Made by a program: the position numbers and the translations under genes | Part shown: piece after piece, positions 8,822 to 19,730 of the stretch | How positions within the stretch are numbered: position 1 is the stretch's first letter | Layout of the letters: each line of letters starts with the position of its first letter | The notes under the pieces: model-generated | What the model was told of the DNA's origin: nothing | Databases searched by the model: none | Seen by the model: only the letters and a program-made list of their open reading frames with translations | Assembly (NCBI RefSeq): GCF_004010195.1 | Contig: NC_057719.1 | Span: forward strand, 72,646,090-72,666,089 | Source: Chiloscyllium plagiosum | Taxonomy: Eukaryota | Direction of reading: 5' to 3' | DNA length: 20,000 bases

Positions 8822-8998
8822 CTTTTAACTTCTTGCCCCTTTTGTTTAGTTGGTGAGTCTCCCCCATTAAGAATCTGTTCCAAATTTTTTGTTTCCACTG
8901 ATCCATTCTGCTCAGGCCCAGAAAGGCCCAGTAATGATCGTACTCTCTGTGATCGTACATCTAGAATGGTGTCTGTGTAACCAACTTCTTGTAAATAC
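8822..8998 (-). CDS. STRN3: STRN3 coding exon (equivalent to exon 5), 177 nt
   Basis: cag|G TAT TTA CAA GAA...GTT AAA AG|gtgag = YLQEVGYTDTILDVRSQRVRSLLGLSGPEQNGSVETKNLEQILNGGDSPTKQKGQEVK(R). The NGSVETKNLEQILNGG segment is STRN3-like. Confidence 0.97.
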
Positions 8999-9467
8999 CT
9001 GTGAAATTTGAAAATAGAAATATCGGAGTTTTTGACTCTAACTAATGCACTTGGTTAACCACATTCTATTTTTAGATTTCATGTCAATGCATTTTCCATT
9101 TTCTGCAATATTTAGCCATTTTTCAAAGAATATGACAAAAAAACTAAGGTATGTTTGCAGTATTCTTGGACAAGGGATAGAGTGTTATCTGATATTTGCA
9201 ATTCAGAGTCTAACAAGTTTTGATGCAGATGTTATCAATATTTAGCAAAACCAGTCCAAGTACAATTGACAACTTGTTATGAAATTGCAATAATTCTGGT
9301 TTAAGAGAAGATTTCATATTTCCCACAGGAAATCAATACTGTTATTGATAATAAACTGTGGTAAAACAGTAACAGATAATAAAAGTATAATATAAACCAA
9401 AAAGCACTTCATTGATCCGTTGGTAAATAAAGCAATTTCTTTGAAAATTGAAGTGTAATACTTAATA

Positions 9468-10581
9468 CAGGGAAACCTCAATTATCCGAATACCAACTAT
9501 CCGAAATTCAGATTATCCGAAGGAGATCGGGAGGTCTCGACTGAAACGTTTCCAACAGTGATCACGTCTTTTGTTTACAGTGATTAAATAGGCACTGTCA
9601 CTAAATGACTGACCTCCTGCCCTCTCTCTCCCCACATTTTACCTGGAGTTCTACACAAAAGTGTACCCTAAAACTTGCTTCCCCAGATAATCTCTCCAAC
9701 ATTGTCCTGTACAGGGCAAACGTGGAACCTCTCAAAAGGTTGCAGTAAAAATTGTGCGTGGCTGCGTGTGCGCGCTATTTGGAGACTTACCCCATAAAGG
9801 CAGCTGCAGCAGCAGTCTTGTTGTCAATGTGCAGTCCAGCGGCCCTGGAGAGGGGGCGGGAGTGGATGGAGTTTGGGGGCGGGGGGGGCAGAATTGGAGG
9901 GGTTTGGGAGGAGGGCGGTGGGTGGTGTTGGATNNNNNNNNNNNNNNNNNNNNNNNNNNNNNNNNNNNNNNNNNNNNNNNNNNNNNNNNNNNNNNNNNNN
10001 NNNNNNNNNNNNNNNNNNNNNNNNNNNNNNNNNNNNNNNNNNNNNNNNNNNNNNNNNNNNNNNNNNNNNNNNNNNNNNNNNNNNNNNNNNNNNNNNNNNN
10101 NNNNNNNNNNNNNNNNNNNNNNNNNNNNNNNNNNNNNNNNNNNNNNNNNNNNNNNNNNNNNNNNNNNNNNGGGGTGGGCGGTGTTGGCCAGTGTTTGGGA
10201 GCGGAGGGCAGTGTTGAGGAGCATTGGTGCGGTGTTGGACGGTGTTTGGGAGTGGGGAGGTGTTAGATAGGGTTGGGCGGCTGGGTTGGTGGCAGGGGCA
10301 GTTTTGTACAGGGTTGGGGGGGGGGGGGGGGCGCGCGGGTGGACAGTCTTGTTGGTGATGTGCAGTCCAGCTGCCCTGGAGAGGGTGCGGTGTTGGACGG
10401 GGTTTTGGGGCAGTGTTGGGGGGTGTGGGCAGGGTTGACTGCTGTAAACTGCTGCAGACTCCTGAACAGGAGCAGACTTTAAAAACTCCAAGCACCAGAG
10501 GAAAGGCATTTAATCAATTAAAGCGGTAATCCGAACTAAATAATGCCCGCCCATCACGTGCAGATAATCAAGGTTCCCTTG
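9468..10581. mobile_element. Non-autonomous Tc1/mariner (Tigger/pogo-like) DNA transposon with a G-rich repetitive core
   Basis: TA-cagggaaacctcaattatccg ... cagataatcaaggttcccttg-TA: 21-bp TIRs matching at 16/21 (differences all transitions), TA on both sides, and subterminal attatccgaa repeats. Confidence 0.8.
9934..10170. other. Assembly gap (237 N) within a G-rich minisatellite-like tract
   Basis: Run of N flanked by degenerate ggtgttggacggtgtttgggag-like units. Confidence 0.99.
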
Positions 10582-10655
10582 TATATTTTATACGTTTTGC
10601 AAATTTATTTAAGTCAGATGCTGTAACAGAAGCAAATAATAATCATAGTACTCAC

Positions 10656-10737
10656 TGCCTGAGCAACTGCCTGCCTTGCTTCCAAGTCAACTGGCTGTTC
10701 TGAGGTACAGATGGCACCTCTGTGTCTTTGGTTTCTT
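10656..10737 (-). CDS. STRN3: STRN3 coding exon (equivalent to exon 4), 82 nt; start of the calmodulin-binding region
   Basis: ttttccag|AA GAA ACC...CTC AGG CA|gtgagt = EETKDTEVPSVPQNSQLTWKQGRQLLRQ, containing the striatin-family WKQGRQLLRQ motif. Phases 1 and 2 fit the neighbouring exons. Confidence 0.96.
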
Positions 10738-11231
10738 CTGGAAAACAAACATATATTAATAAAAGATTAGAATATCAAGATCCCAACAAGAAAGATGGCA
10801 GGCAACAAAAAAAAACAACTGCAAAATCTGTGGTTCTGCACAGCTTTTCTTAAGCTTACACTGTTAGCCTAAGAATTCATGAAGATTTGGCCCTCTATCT
10901 GCTGGCCCTTTAAGTTGGTGAGAGTTTCAACCAGGAGCATCACTTCATCACCAAACCACACCGCAAACCCTGTCATTCACAAGAATGTAAATGCAATCAC
11001 AAACTAAAAATTTCCTTCCAACATTCCAAACAGTGCAACCACCTAACTGATGCTCATTATTGTAAAAGTCAGAAAAGTGAACAAATACCAACTAATCCTT
11101 ATTGAGGAAGTATTCTGTTCCTAACATGTGTAGAAAGCATCAAGTGCCCAAAGATCCTCTCAGTATCAGGTGACATTCCAGGAGGAGCTACAAGAAATAG
11201 CTTATGTCCAGACAGGGAGGGAAGTAGTGAT

Positions 11232-11442
11232 TGTAATAAGCTCAGCCAGATGGACCTCACTGAATGAATTCCCTGACTGGGACTGTTAATCTGACCCAAT
11301 CAGGGAGCCCTGACTGACAGATAAATACAAGAGTTTCAGACATCCTGACACTCAGACCTGAATGTATCAATGTCAAGGTCTTTCCATTTGTAAATAAAGG
11401 GTGATTAGGTGAAGGGATACCAGCCTCGGTGGAATTATTTCA
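11232..11442 (+). mobile_element. LTR (probably Gypsy-type 3' LTR) preceded by a polypurine tract
   Basis: Termini TGTAATAA...TTATTTCA (TG..CA, imperfect inverted repeat). CCAAT at ~11296, TATA-like gataaata at ~11320, AATAAA at ~11393, and PPT agggaggggaag at ~11213-11224. Confidence 0.75.
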
Positions 11443-12127
11443 GCATTTAGCTGCTCTTTTCTCAATGTCAAATCTGGTGGGGGGGCGTAGAATGACAGAA
11501 TTAACATGGAGAAAAGTTTTTTTTTAAAAAGGTGTTAAAGTTATCATATTTAAATCTCCTAAAACAATTCAGAACGTGAAATAGTGAGATTCAACTTTTT
11601 TTGGGGGCAAGACTGGATGATAGATAGTCATGAAAAGTCATGTGATTAAAATTATACGGTTTACCTATCAACAGTTTTTGAGCATTTAATAGACATGTAC
11701 AGACACAAACTTGAAAACACAAGGAGAGATCAAAATGCAAGATACCATTTTTGTGAACCTAACAACAGTCGTGCAAGTCGACCAGAAATCAGACAATTCG
11801 AAATTAATGAGGTTTCTCTTCCTTGCCACAAAATATGGGCTTATTTATGCATTAATATTGCTTATAATGTTCATAGAACAAAATCTGGCTCTATGTCGCT
11901 CCAATTGCCTCTCGAATGGTTTGAACTTGAAAACAACTTATGCTACCTTTCTCAGGATAAAGAGATCCAAAATAACATTATATGGCACTTCGCAAATAGG
12001 AAATGGCATACAACATGAAAATATTCAAACTAGCTTCAAATTATGTTGTCAAAGACAGTCAGAAATAAGATATCTTGGAAAAATTAATACATACACTTCA
12101 TTAAAATATTGAGTCTCCATTTATTAC

Positions 12128-12201
12128 CTGATTCAAATGTTGGCATCTTTAAGTCACCTTGATTCAACTCTGTGCCATATTTTAATTTATGATATTTTGC
12201 C
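12128..12201 (-). CDS. STRN3: STRN3 coding exon (equivalent to mammalian exon 3), 74 nt; end of the coiled-coil region
   Basis: Minus strand reads ttttag|G GCA AAA TAT CAT AAA TTA AAA TAT GGC ACA GAG TTG AAT CAA GGT GAC TTA AAG ATG CCA ACA TTT GAA TCA G|gtaat = (R)AKYHKLKYGTELNQGDLKMPTFES, matching STRN3 as recalled. Splice sites are canonical and the phase fits the next exon. Confidence 0.96.
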
Positions 12202-12603
12202 CTAAAAATAAATAAGAAACATTAACGAACATGTAGCTATTAAAAACTCAATCTCATTGACTACGTTAATATTAATGTAATGATTGATCTTTACTTCACA
12301 CTGATGTGATATTGCCCATCCATAATAAACCTCCAGAAGACAGTGGTGATTTGCTTGAATACAACTAAGTGGCAACTTCAGGGGATACTTCAAATTTTAC
12401 TCCATGGCTTTCAGTCTGATATCTCACATTTATTAGATTAGATATGAATGACAGATTTCCTTCCATGAAAACATCAGTGCAGCAGATGGAATGTTTAAAT
12501 TGGCAAAAGTTGGTAGGAGGTTTAGGCTCAGGCTCCCACTCCTGGGTGCTTGAAGTGTGACATATGGACTTCAGCTGAGATTACACTGTCAACTCCAGTG
12601 GTG

Positions 12604-12768
12604 ATTTGGAGATGCCGGTATTGGACTGGGGTATATGAAGTTAAAAATCACACATCAGGTTATAGTCCAAAAAGGTTTATTTGGAAGCACTAGCCTTTGG
12701 AGCGCATCAGGCCAACCACCTGATGAAAGAGCAGCGCTGTTGGACTATAACCTGGTGTTGTGATTTTC
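12604..12768. mobile_element. Third family of PLE pLTR-derived inverted-repeat element, with internally deleted hammerheads
   Basis: aaaatcacacatcaggttatagtccaa is inverted against ttggactataacctggtgttgtgatttt. CTGATGA at 12720-12726 is followed by aagagcagcgct, but the GAAA segment is missing. Confidence 0.7.
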
Positions 12769-12794
12769 AGTGGACTATCAAGCTTAATTGTTAA

Positions 12795-13530
12795 GACCGT
12801 AATATACAGAGCAGAATTAAGCCATTGAATTCATTGAGACTGCTCCACTATTTGACCATGTTTCTCAACCCCATTCTCTTGCTTTCTCCCCATAACTCTT
12901 GATCCCGTTACTAATCAAGAACTTATCTAGCTTTGTCTTAAATACATTCAGTGACTTGGCCTCCATAGCCTTCTATGACAATGAGTTCCATAGATTCACC
13001 ACACACAGACTGAAGAAATTCCTCATCTCCGTTCTAAAAGGTAATCTCGTTAATGAGGCTGTGACCTTGGGTCCTGGTCTCTCCTACTCGTGGGAGCATT
13101 TTCTCCATGTTCACTATCTAGATCACATAGTATGCTATAACTTTCAAATAAGATCCTTCTAAACTGAACTGAGCACAGACTCAATCGCTCCTCGATGACA
13201 AGCCCTAATTGCCAAGATTGCTTTTGTAAACCTCCTCTGCCCCTCCTCCAACATAGCATATTTTTCCTTAGATGTGGGGCACAAAACTGTTCACAATGTT
13301 CCAAATGCGGTTTGACCAGAGCCTTAAACTGCCTCAGCAGCATACCCCTGCTCTTGTACTTTCGCCCTCTCTAAATGAACGTAAACACTGCATTTGCCTT
13401 CCCAAATAAACCTCCAGTTAACCTTGAGAATCCGAAACCAGGACCCCAAGTACCTTTGTACTTCATATTTTTCCCATTTAGAAAATAGTATGCGCCTCTA
13501 TTCTTGGCACCAAAGTGCATAACCTGACAA
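12795..13530 (-). mobile_element. CR1 LINE 3' fragment, antisense to the + strand
   Basis: ORF 13050-13343 has LLRQFKALVKPHLEHCEQFCAPHLRKN (compare LY.ALVRPHLEYC.QFW.P). A CR1 3' UTR lies near 12795-12900. Confidence 0.85.
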
Positions 13531-14089
13531 TTTGAAAATTGTTGGCCATCAACTGCATTCTAAATGGATTCAATATTTAGAAGAGGAGAAAATTTGAGAA
13601 TCAAAGAAAATTAGTCCAATAACCAGCATTCAGTTAGATAATGTTTATTTCACCACCGGACGACCCCCGTAATCGTTTTCCATGGTTTCAATTAGGGAAC
13701 CAGAGACCAGGAGGCTGCCAGGAAGGTACATTTCCCATTGGAATGAATGGATTCGCTCCTATCCGTGGCTTCTGCCTTCCGCACTAGGCCCTGGAACTTA
13801 TCTCCCATGGCTACCAGGTGGACCTATGTATTTTCATTTTAATAGCATTTATATATTTTTTTAAATTATTGCAATGCGTCAGATGGAGAAATCTCAAAAC
13901 TGCATAAAATGCTGCACTCAACAGACAGAGACATCATCATTTACCCACGTCTGTGAAACTTTAAGGTAGACTGAGAAGATCAATTTGCAAGTCCAAGTTT
14001 TTCAACAAATGGAAGAATGTCAACAATAGAAATGATTGCAAGCCTGAAAAGTCATATTTTTTAAAAAACTATCTCAGCACAGAACTATG

Positions 14090-14350
14090 AGAAAGTGCCA
14101 TCTTTTGAATAAGATGTAATATGTAGGGCTCCATCTGTCCTCATGAATGGATGATCAAGAAGAATAGGAAGTTTGCCTTGTGTCTTGACCAAAGTTGATT
14201 CCACAAGCAAAACCATCAATGTATCTGGTCATTTGTTTTGCCGTTTGTGGGCTCTTGTGCTGCATAACTTGATTTTTAAAATATTCCTATATTACAACAG
14301 AAGCTGTATTCGAGGCATTGTCGAATGAGGAAAGGCATTATACTCATGTA
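14090..14350 (+). mobile_element. Degenerate Deu-domain SINE (SacSINE1-like)
   Basis: gtgccatcttttgaataagatgtaa...gaagaataggaagtt...tgtcttgaccaa...tatctggtcatt...gtttgtggg...ttcctatattacaacag...gaaaggcattata follows the recalled Deu-domain and tail order. Confidence 0.7.
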
Positions 14351-15954
14351 AAAATATGCTTTCACATACAGTCAAATAAGTTCCATACTGTGGATTAAGC
14401 ACGATAGAATTTTTTCAACTGCTTTTATGTTAGCCCTGTGTCGAAGTTCCATCAATCCACAATAGGTCCTGCAAAGTCAGTCATCAATAACCCATACTGT
14501 AAAAGCAGCACACAAAATAGAAGGTCCCAACACAGAGAAGGATTCTCTCACCCTGTTCTACCTTCAAGTTCACTTGAGAACCAACATCTAAGACATCTTA
14601 CCACAGTAAATCTTTAAGCTTGCTGAGAATCGCTCACTTCAACTTTAAAGCACAGTTTCATTCAAGAAATCAGGACTGCCTCATAGGAGGCAGGTAACAT
14701 GGACCAAAAGCATTAAACATAATTTTTAGGAGTACACTACCTGTAACTAACTGTTGTGTATGTACGTGAGATAGCATGAGGTGACAATGCACTATTTCCA
14801 AAGTGAATGAGTGAGAGTAGCTTTTGTTTTGAAACTCAAGAAAGGTTGCGACACACACAAACACTCCAAGGAGACACGAAAACACACAGCTCTTACATAG
14901 AAAACATCCTGATTAGGTTGTGAAAGGAAATATAACTTCTGTCTGCAACAATCAATCATACAGTCTTTTGAGCCCCTTGTCAATTGTTATGATGCTAGAC
15001 CATACCTCTATATTTACTTGTGCTCTGATGAGACACTAATAACCTATCACTTAAAGATGACAAAATTGATACCTCAGCTACTTACTAGGAATAACAGCAA
15101 AAGCTGCATGATTTTATAACAGGAATAAAGTTCAGACACTGGTCAGCAAAGCAAACAAATAACTGCATATTTGTCTTGACCTCCAACGTTTGCCTTAAAG
15201 CAAGCATAAAGTAACATGCAAATTCTAGTCAAATACACCATAAACGGCACATTAAATGGTGGTTACAACCAAGACAGATCCCAAACTTCTCAACAACTCA
15301 CCAAATGTCAGCAAGTCACAAAATATTTCAAAACTATCTCCCTCTTAAGGGATTTCAGCCCTTTTCTTTTGGAAAACTGGCCTCTGATTTCCCTAAAAAA
15401 AACACTCCGACTCAGATCACCTCAACGACTGTTCACCTCCTAGTTGCTCAATCTCTTCACTACAGACTGTATCTCAGCTCTCAGGTAGTCTAAGCAACAT
15501 GTTACTAACCGTAGGCTCATCCTTGCCCTGAAGATCAGTTTCACTTGCAGACAGCCACTGCTTTAGTTTTTTTTTTCTATGCCTGCTGCTGAATCTCGAC
15601 CAGACAACTTCTGTTCCGCACAACTGAGCTGTGCCCAAAGCTTCCTGAGGCCAATTACCCAGCATCACACGAGGAAATCACCAAATGGCTCTAGGATCTT
15701 CTAGGAATGCCAAATGCACAGAACCTCTCCCCCCTACTCCCAACGAACACTAACTGAGGCTCGCTGACCCTGGAATTGATTTGATAGACCTATTAAAACA
15801 TTCCTGTTGGGGCCCAACCTTATTTCTAGACAGAATCAGATGATTTCAACCTCAAATATTTGGCAGATTAAATGTTACAATTGCCTATCAATTAAGTCAC
15901 TCTCCACAACTGCTAATTTATACAAGAGACAAAAAAGTAATTACATGATCAATA

Positions 15955-16150
15955 ATATATCCAGCTTGATCTTAAAAATACTTAATGCTGCCAATGCCAC
16001 TGCTCTTTGGGGATCACAGTTGCACAGATCAGCAACCCTTTGAAAAAAAGGTTAATCTCATTCTCTTGAATGAAGCTTCTTATTTTTAAGCTAATCTCCC
16101 TAATTCTAGTCTTTCCCATAAGGGATAATATTCTCAACATCCAACCTGTC
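15955..16150 (-). mobile_element. Very old CR1 3' relic
   Basis: ttaaaaatacttaatg...ccactgctctttgggga.cacagttgcacagat...caaccctttga...tattctcaacatccaacctgtcaagtcctctc matches the antisense CR1 ORF2 end pattern. Confidence 0.55.
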
Positions 16151-17504
16151 AAGTCCTCTCAAAAATACAGCAGAGTTCTCCAATCTCTCTCCACTTAAAC
16201 AGAATGAACAGCTTTTCTATTTTGCTTGCCAAAGTGGATAGTATACCCCACCTTCCAAATTTTCGTATGCTCACTAACAAAAATTCCTTTGCAGACTTCT
16301 TGGGTCTTCTTGACAACTTACTGACTGAACACTTCTATAAATCCAAAGTGCTTCACTCCTCCCAAGGGACACAACACAACAAAGTTTAAATGTAGCCAGT
16401 TGGTGATATGACCAATTCTATATTTCTCAAACTGTGTCAGGTTCAGGATTAGGACTTGGTCAGCCAAGTTTCCTTCATTAACAAATAACTTGGCTATTAC
16501 CAAAATTTATTCAAACAATGGCACAAAATCATTGAGAAACAGTTTGTATTCTGCAAATATACATAGCTTTTAAAAAGCTAACATACATATTTAAAGAGAA
16601 AGAATAAAACAAAAACTCTTAAAGTGTTAAATTTAAAATACTTTGGAGCAAATAATCATTAAACTCATGAAAAAAACTGAAGTTATTTTGCACACACAGG
16701 CTGTTGACACTGTACATCTTCCTGGGACAGTTCTAACTGGCTGAATTCCATTTACTTCAGAATTCCAAGAAAATCCTCTTTTCACTCAGGCAAAGTTCCT
16801 GAAAAGATGACATTCAGTAGATTCTCAGCTCTCACACTTTGCTGAGAGAAGTTGAAAAGAAACATAGTAGGAACAAGGGCCGTTGATCTTCAGACAAAAC
16901 TCAAATTTTCTTTTGCAGAGTTTAAATATACAAAAGTATGACCTCATTCACAAACCAGGGCACATGACACCCCTTTGGAAGTTCTCCAGATTGTACAACA
17001 CCATCTAAGCTCCCTGATCTTTGAAGATGCAGCAGTATAGGTGTTGAATCCAGTTCCTTTTTGTTAGCAAGTGCCTGAACTTTTAAACAAAGGACATGTA
17101 TATTCGGATTCACATAACCATTCATCACATTTCTTCATAACAATGTCCTCAGCAACCATATATTCAGTTTAATTCATCAAACTCCTTAATAGAGAAGGTC
17201 AATATTTGAGGTTCCAACATTCGATCCCATGAAACTTCATTTGTTACAATTTGTCAACCTGAAAATGACCCAGTAATCCAATTCTCTATCCAAACTTGTA
17301 TGTTACATCATACATAATGAGTTCTTATTTTGTGTAGTAACCTCGAATAGGACTCTTATTTTGGAAATCCAAGTATACTAAATCTACAGGTTTACCTTTA
17401 TCCAAATTGCTCATTACTTTCTCAAATAACTCTTTAGTCAAACATAGTTTCTATTTCAAAAAAACTACGTTGACTCGGCCTGATTGTGGTGAGATCGTCG
17501 AAGT

Positions 17505-17678
17505 TGAAACTTTATTGCTGGAACAGCACAGCAGGTCAGGCAGCATCCAGGGAACAGGAGATTCGACGTTTCGGGCACAGGCCCTTCTTCAGGAATGAGC
17601 AGAGAGTGTTCAGCAGGAGAAGATAAAAGGTAGGGAGGAGGGACTTGGAGGAGGGGCGTTGGAAATGTGATAGGTTGA
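17505..17678 (-). mobile_element. PLE (Neptune-type) 3' end/pLTR insertion with pyrimidine-rich leader and intact hammerhead
   Basis: Flanked by tgagatcgtcgaagt (17490-17504) and tgagattgtcgaagt (17679-17693). The gcagcatccagggaacaggagattcgacgtttcgggc block is shared with 747-926 and 7179-7362. Confidence 0.85.
17561..17596 (-). ncRNA. Minimal type-I hammerhead ribozyme with intact core
   Basis: Minus strand: AUUC-CUGAAGA-A-GGGC cugu GCCC-GAAAC-GUC^GAAU. Stems I and II are perfect 4-bp helices, stem III is the palindromic ACGU, and the cleavage triplet is GUC. Confidence 0.85.
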
Positions 17679-17799
17679 TGAGATTGTCGAAGTGCCTTGC
17701 TATAATGTCCTTAACAACAAATTTAAGCATGCTCCCTGTGACAAATTAGATTACCCTGACCTATAGTTTTCAGCCTCACTATGTTTAAAAAATTATCTT

Positions 17800-19728
17800 G
17801 AGCGTCAGGGCCATCCATTTTTGTTTAGCAGCAGGAAATGCTTTAAAAAAATTACCTTGTGATAGGCAGAGCACACGCCGAGTAGGAGCAGACATGGGAC
17901 TGCTGAGTAAGTGAAGTAATATTTGGGTGGTTGCATTACCCGAAACACTACTTAGGTAGTGTCTCCTACCCATCCTCCTCCTCTAACCAGAAAAAAAAAA
18001 TTGTGCGCCAGATTGGAAAGGTACCTCGATTTTTAAAAATTTTTCAATAGTCTCTTTGGGAATTTAGAATTGTGGGAATGGGCAGTTGAATGTTCCTCCT
18101 ACAGAATGTGGGAGGTGAGGGTCACCACTAGTGTTCCTGCTGACTTCATCTGCAGGAAGTGCACCAAACTCCAACACCTCAAAAACCACGTTTCGGAACT
18201 GGAGCTGGATGAACTTCAGATCTTTCAGGAGGAGAAATGGGTTATACAGAGGAGTTACAGACAGGTAACCACACCTCAGGTACAAGAAAAAGGCAAATGG
18301 GTTAGAGCAGGGAACGGAAAGGGAACTGGCAGACAGTGCAGGGATCCCTTGTGGCCATTCCCCTCAATAACAACTATACAGTTTGGATGCCATTGCGGGG
18401 GACGACTTACCAGAGGTAAGCCATGGGGTACATATCTCTGGCAGAGTCTGTCCCTGTTGCCCAGAAGGGAAGGGGGAGAGGAGCAGAGCATTAGTCGCTG
18501 GGGACTCCATAGTTAGCAGGACAGTTAGGAGGTTCTGTGGGAACAAGAGAGCCTCACGGTTGGGTGTGTTGTCTCCAGGTGCCAGGGTTCATGATGTCTC
18601 AGATCATGTTTTTGGGATCCTTGAGGGGGAAGGGTAACAGCCCCAAGTCATGGTCCATATAAGCATTAATGACATAGATCGGAAAAGGGATGGGGATTTA
18701 AGGCAGAATTCAGGGAGCTAGGGTGGAAGCTTAGAGCTAGAACAAACAGAGTTATTATCTCTGTTTTTTTTTACCTGTGCCACATGCTAGAAAGAGGTGA
18801 GGAATAGGTTGAGAGAGGAGTTGAACACATGGTTACAGGGATGGTGCAGGAGGGAGAGTTTTGGATACCTGGATAATTGGGGCTCATTCTGGGGTAGGTA
18901 GGACCTCTACAAACAAGATGGTCTACACCTGAATCTGAGGTGCACCAATATCCTGGGGGAAGAAAATTTGCTAATGCTCTTTAGGAGGGTTTAAACTAAT
19001 TCAGCAGGGGGGGGTGGGAACCTAAACTGTAGTTCCAGTGTTCAGAAGGTTGAGAGTAGTGAGGCCCGAAATAAGGTTTCAAGGTCACAAGAGTGCACCG
19101 ACAAGCAGGAAGGTTGTTTGAAGTGTGTCTACTTCAACGCCAGGAGCATCCAGAATAAAGTGGGTGAATTTGCAGCATGGGTTGGTACCTGAGACTCTGA
19201 TGTTGTGGCCATTTCAGAAACATGGATACAGCAGGGACAAAAATGGTTGTTGCAGGTTCTGGGAGTTACATGTTTCAGTAAGAATACAGAAGATGGTAAA
19301 AGAGGGAGAGGTATGGCATTGTTAGTCAAGGACAGTGTTACAGTGGCAGAAAGGACAATTGAGGACTCGTCTACTGAGGTAGTATGGGCTGAGGTTAGAA
19401 ATAGGAAAGGAGAGGTTAGGAGTTTTCTACAGGCCTCCGAATAGTTCAAGAGATGTAGAGGAAGGGATAGTAAACATGATTCTGGATAGGGGTGAGAGTA
19501 ACAGGGTAGTAGTTATAACTTTGCGAATATTGACTGGAAATGCTCTTGTTCAAGTACACTAGATGGGTCAGTTTTTGTCCAATATGTGCAGGAGGGTTTC
19601 CTGACACAGTGTGTAGACAGGCCAACAAGGGGCAAAGCCACAATGAATTTGGTATTGAGTAATGAACCCGGCCACGTGTTAGATTTGGAGATAGGTGAGC
19701 ACTTTGGGTGAGTGACCACAATTCAGTT
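17800..19728 (+). mobile_element. CR1 LINE 5' half (5' UTR, ORF1 zinc finger/PHD + SGNH esterase, ORF2 APE endonuclease), pseudogenised
   Basis: ORF1 relics: AVECSSYRMWE...FICRKCTKLQ, RALVAGDSIV (GDS motif), DGLHLN at ~18917. ORF2 relics: LKCVYFNARSIQNK, VAISETW, KRGRGMALLVKD, FLTQCVDRPTRG, SDHNSV at ~19711-19728. Stops and frameshifts throughout; the 5' boundary is approximate. Confidence 0.9.
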
Positions 19729-19730
19729 CA

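Noticed and set aside
9752..10509. Long Gly/Pro-rich ORFs
   Set aside because: Artefacts of the N gap and the low-complexity G-rich repeat.
11695..12112. Two overlapping + strand ORFs (107 and 133 aa)
   Set aside because: No recognisable motifs, AT-rich intronic sequence antisense to STRN3, and no splice or Kozak support; consistent with chance.
16922..17128. 68-aa minus-strand ORF as a possible extra exon
   Set aside because: No striatin similarity and no convincing splice sites or motifs.
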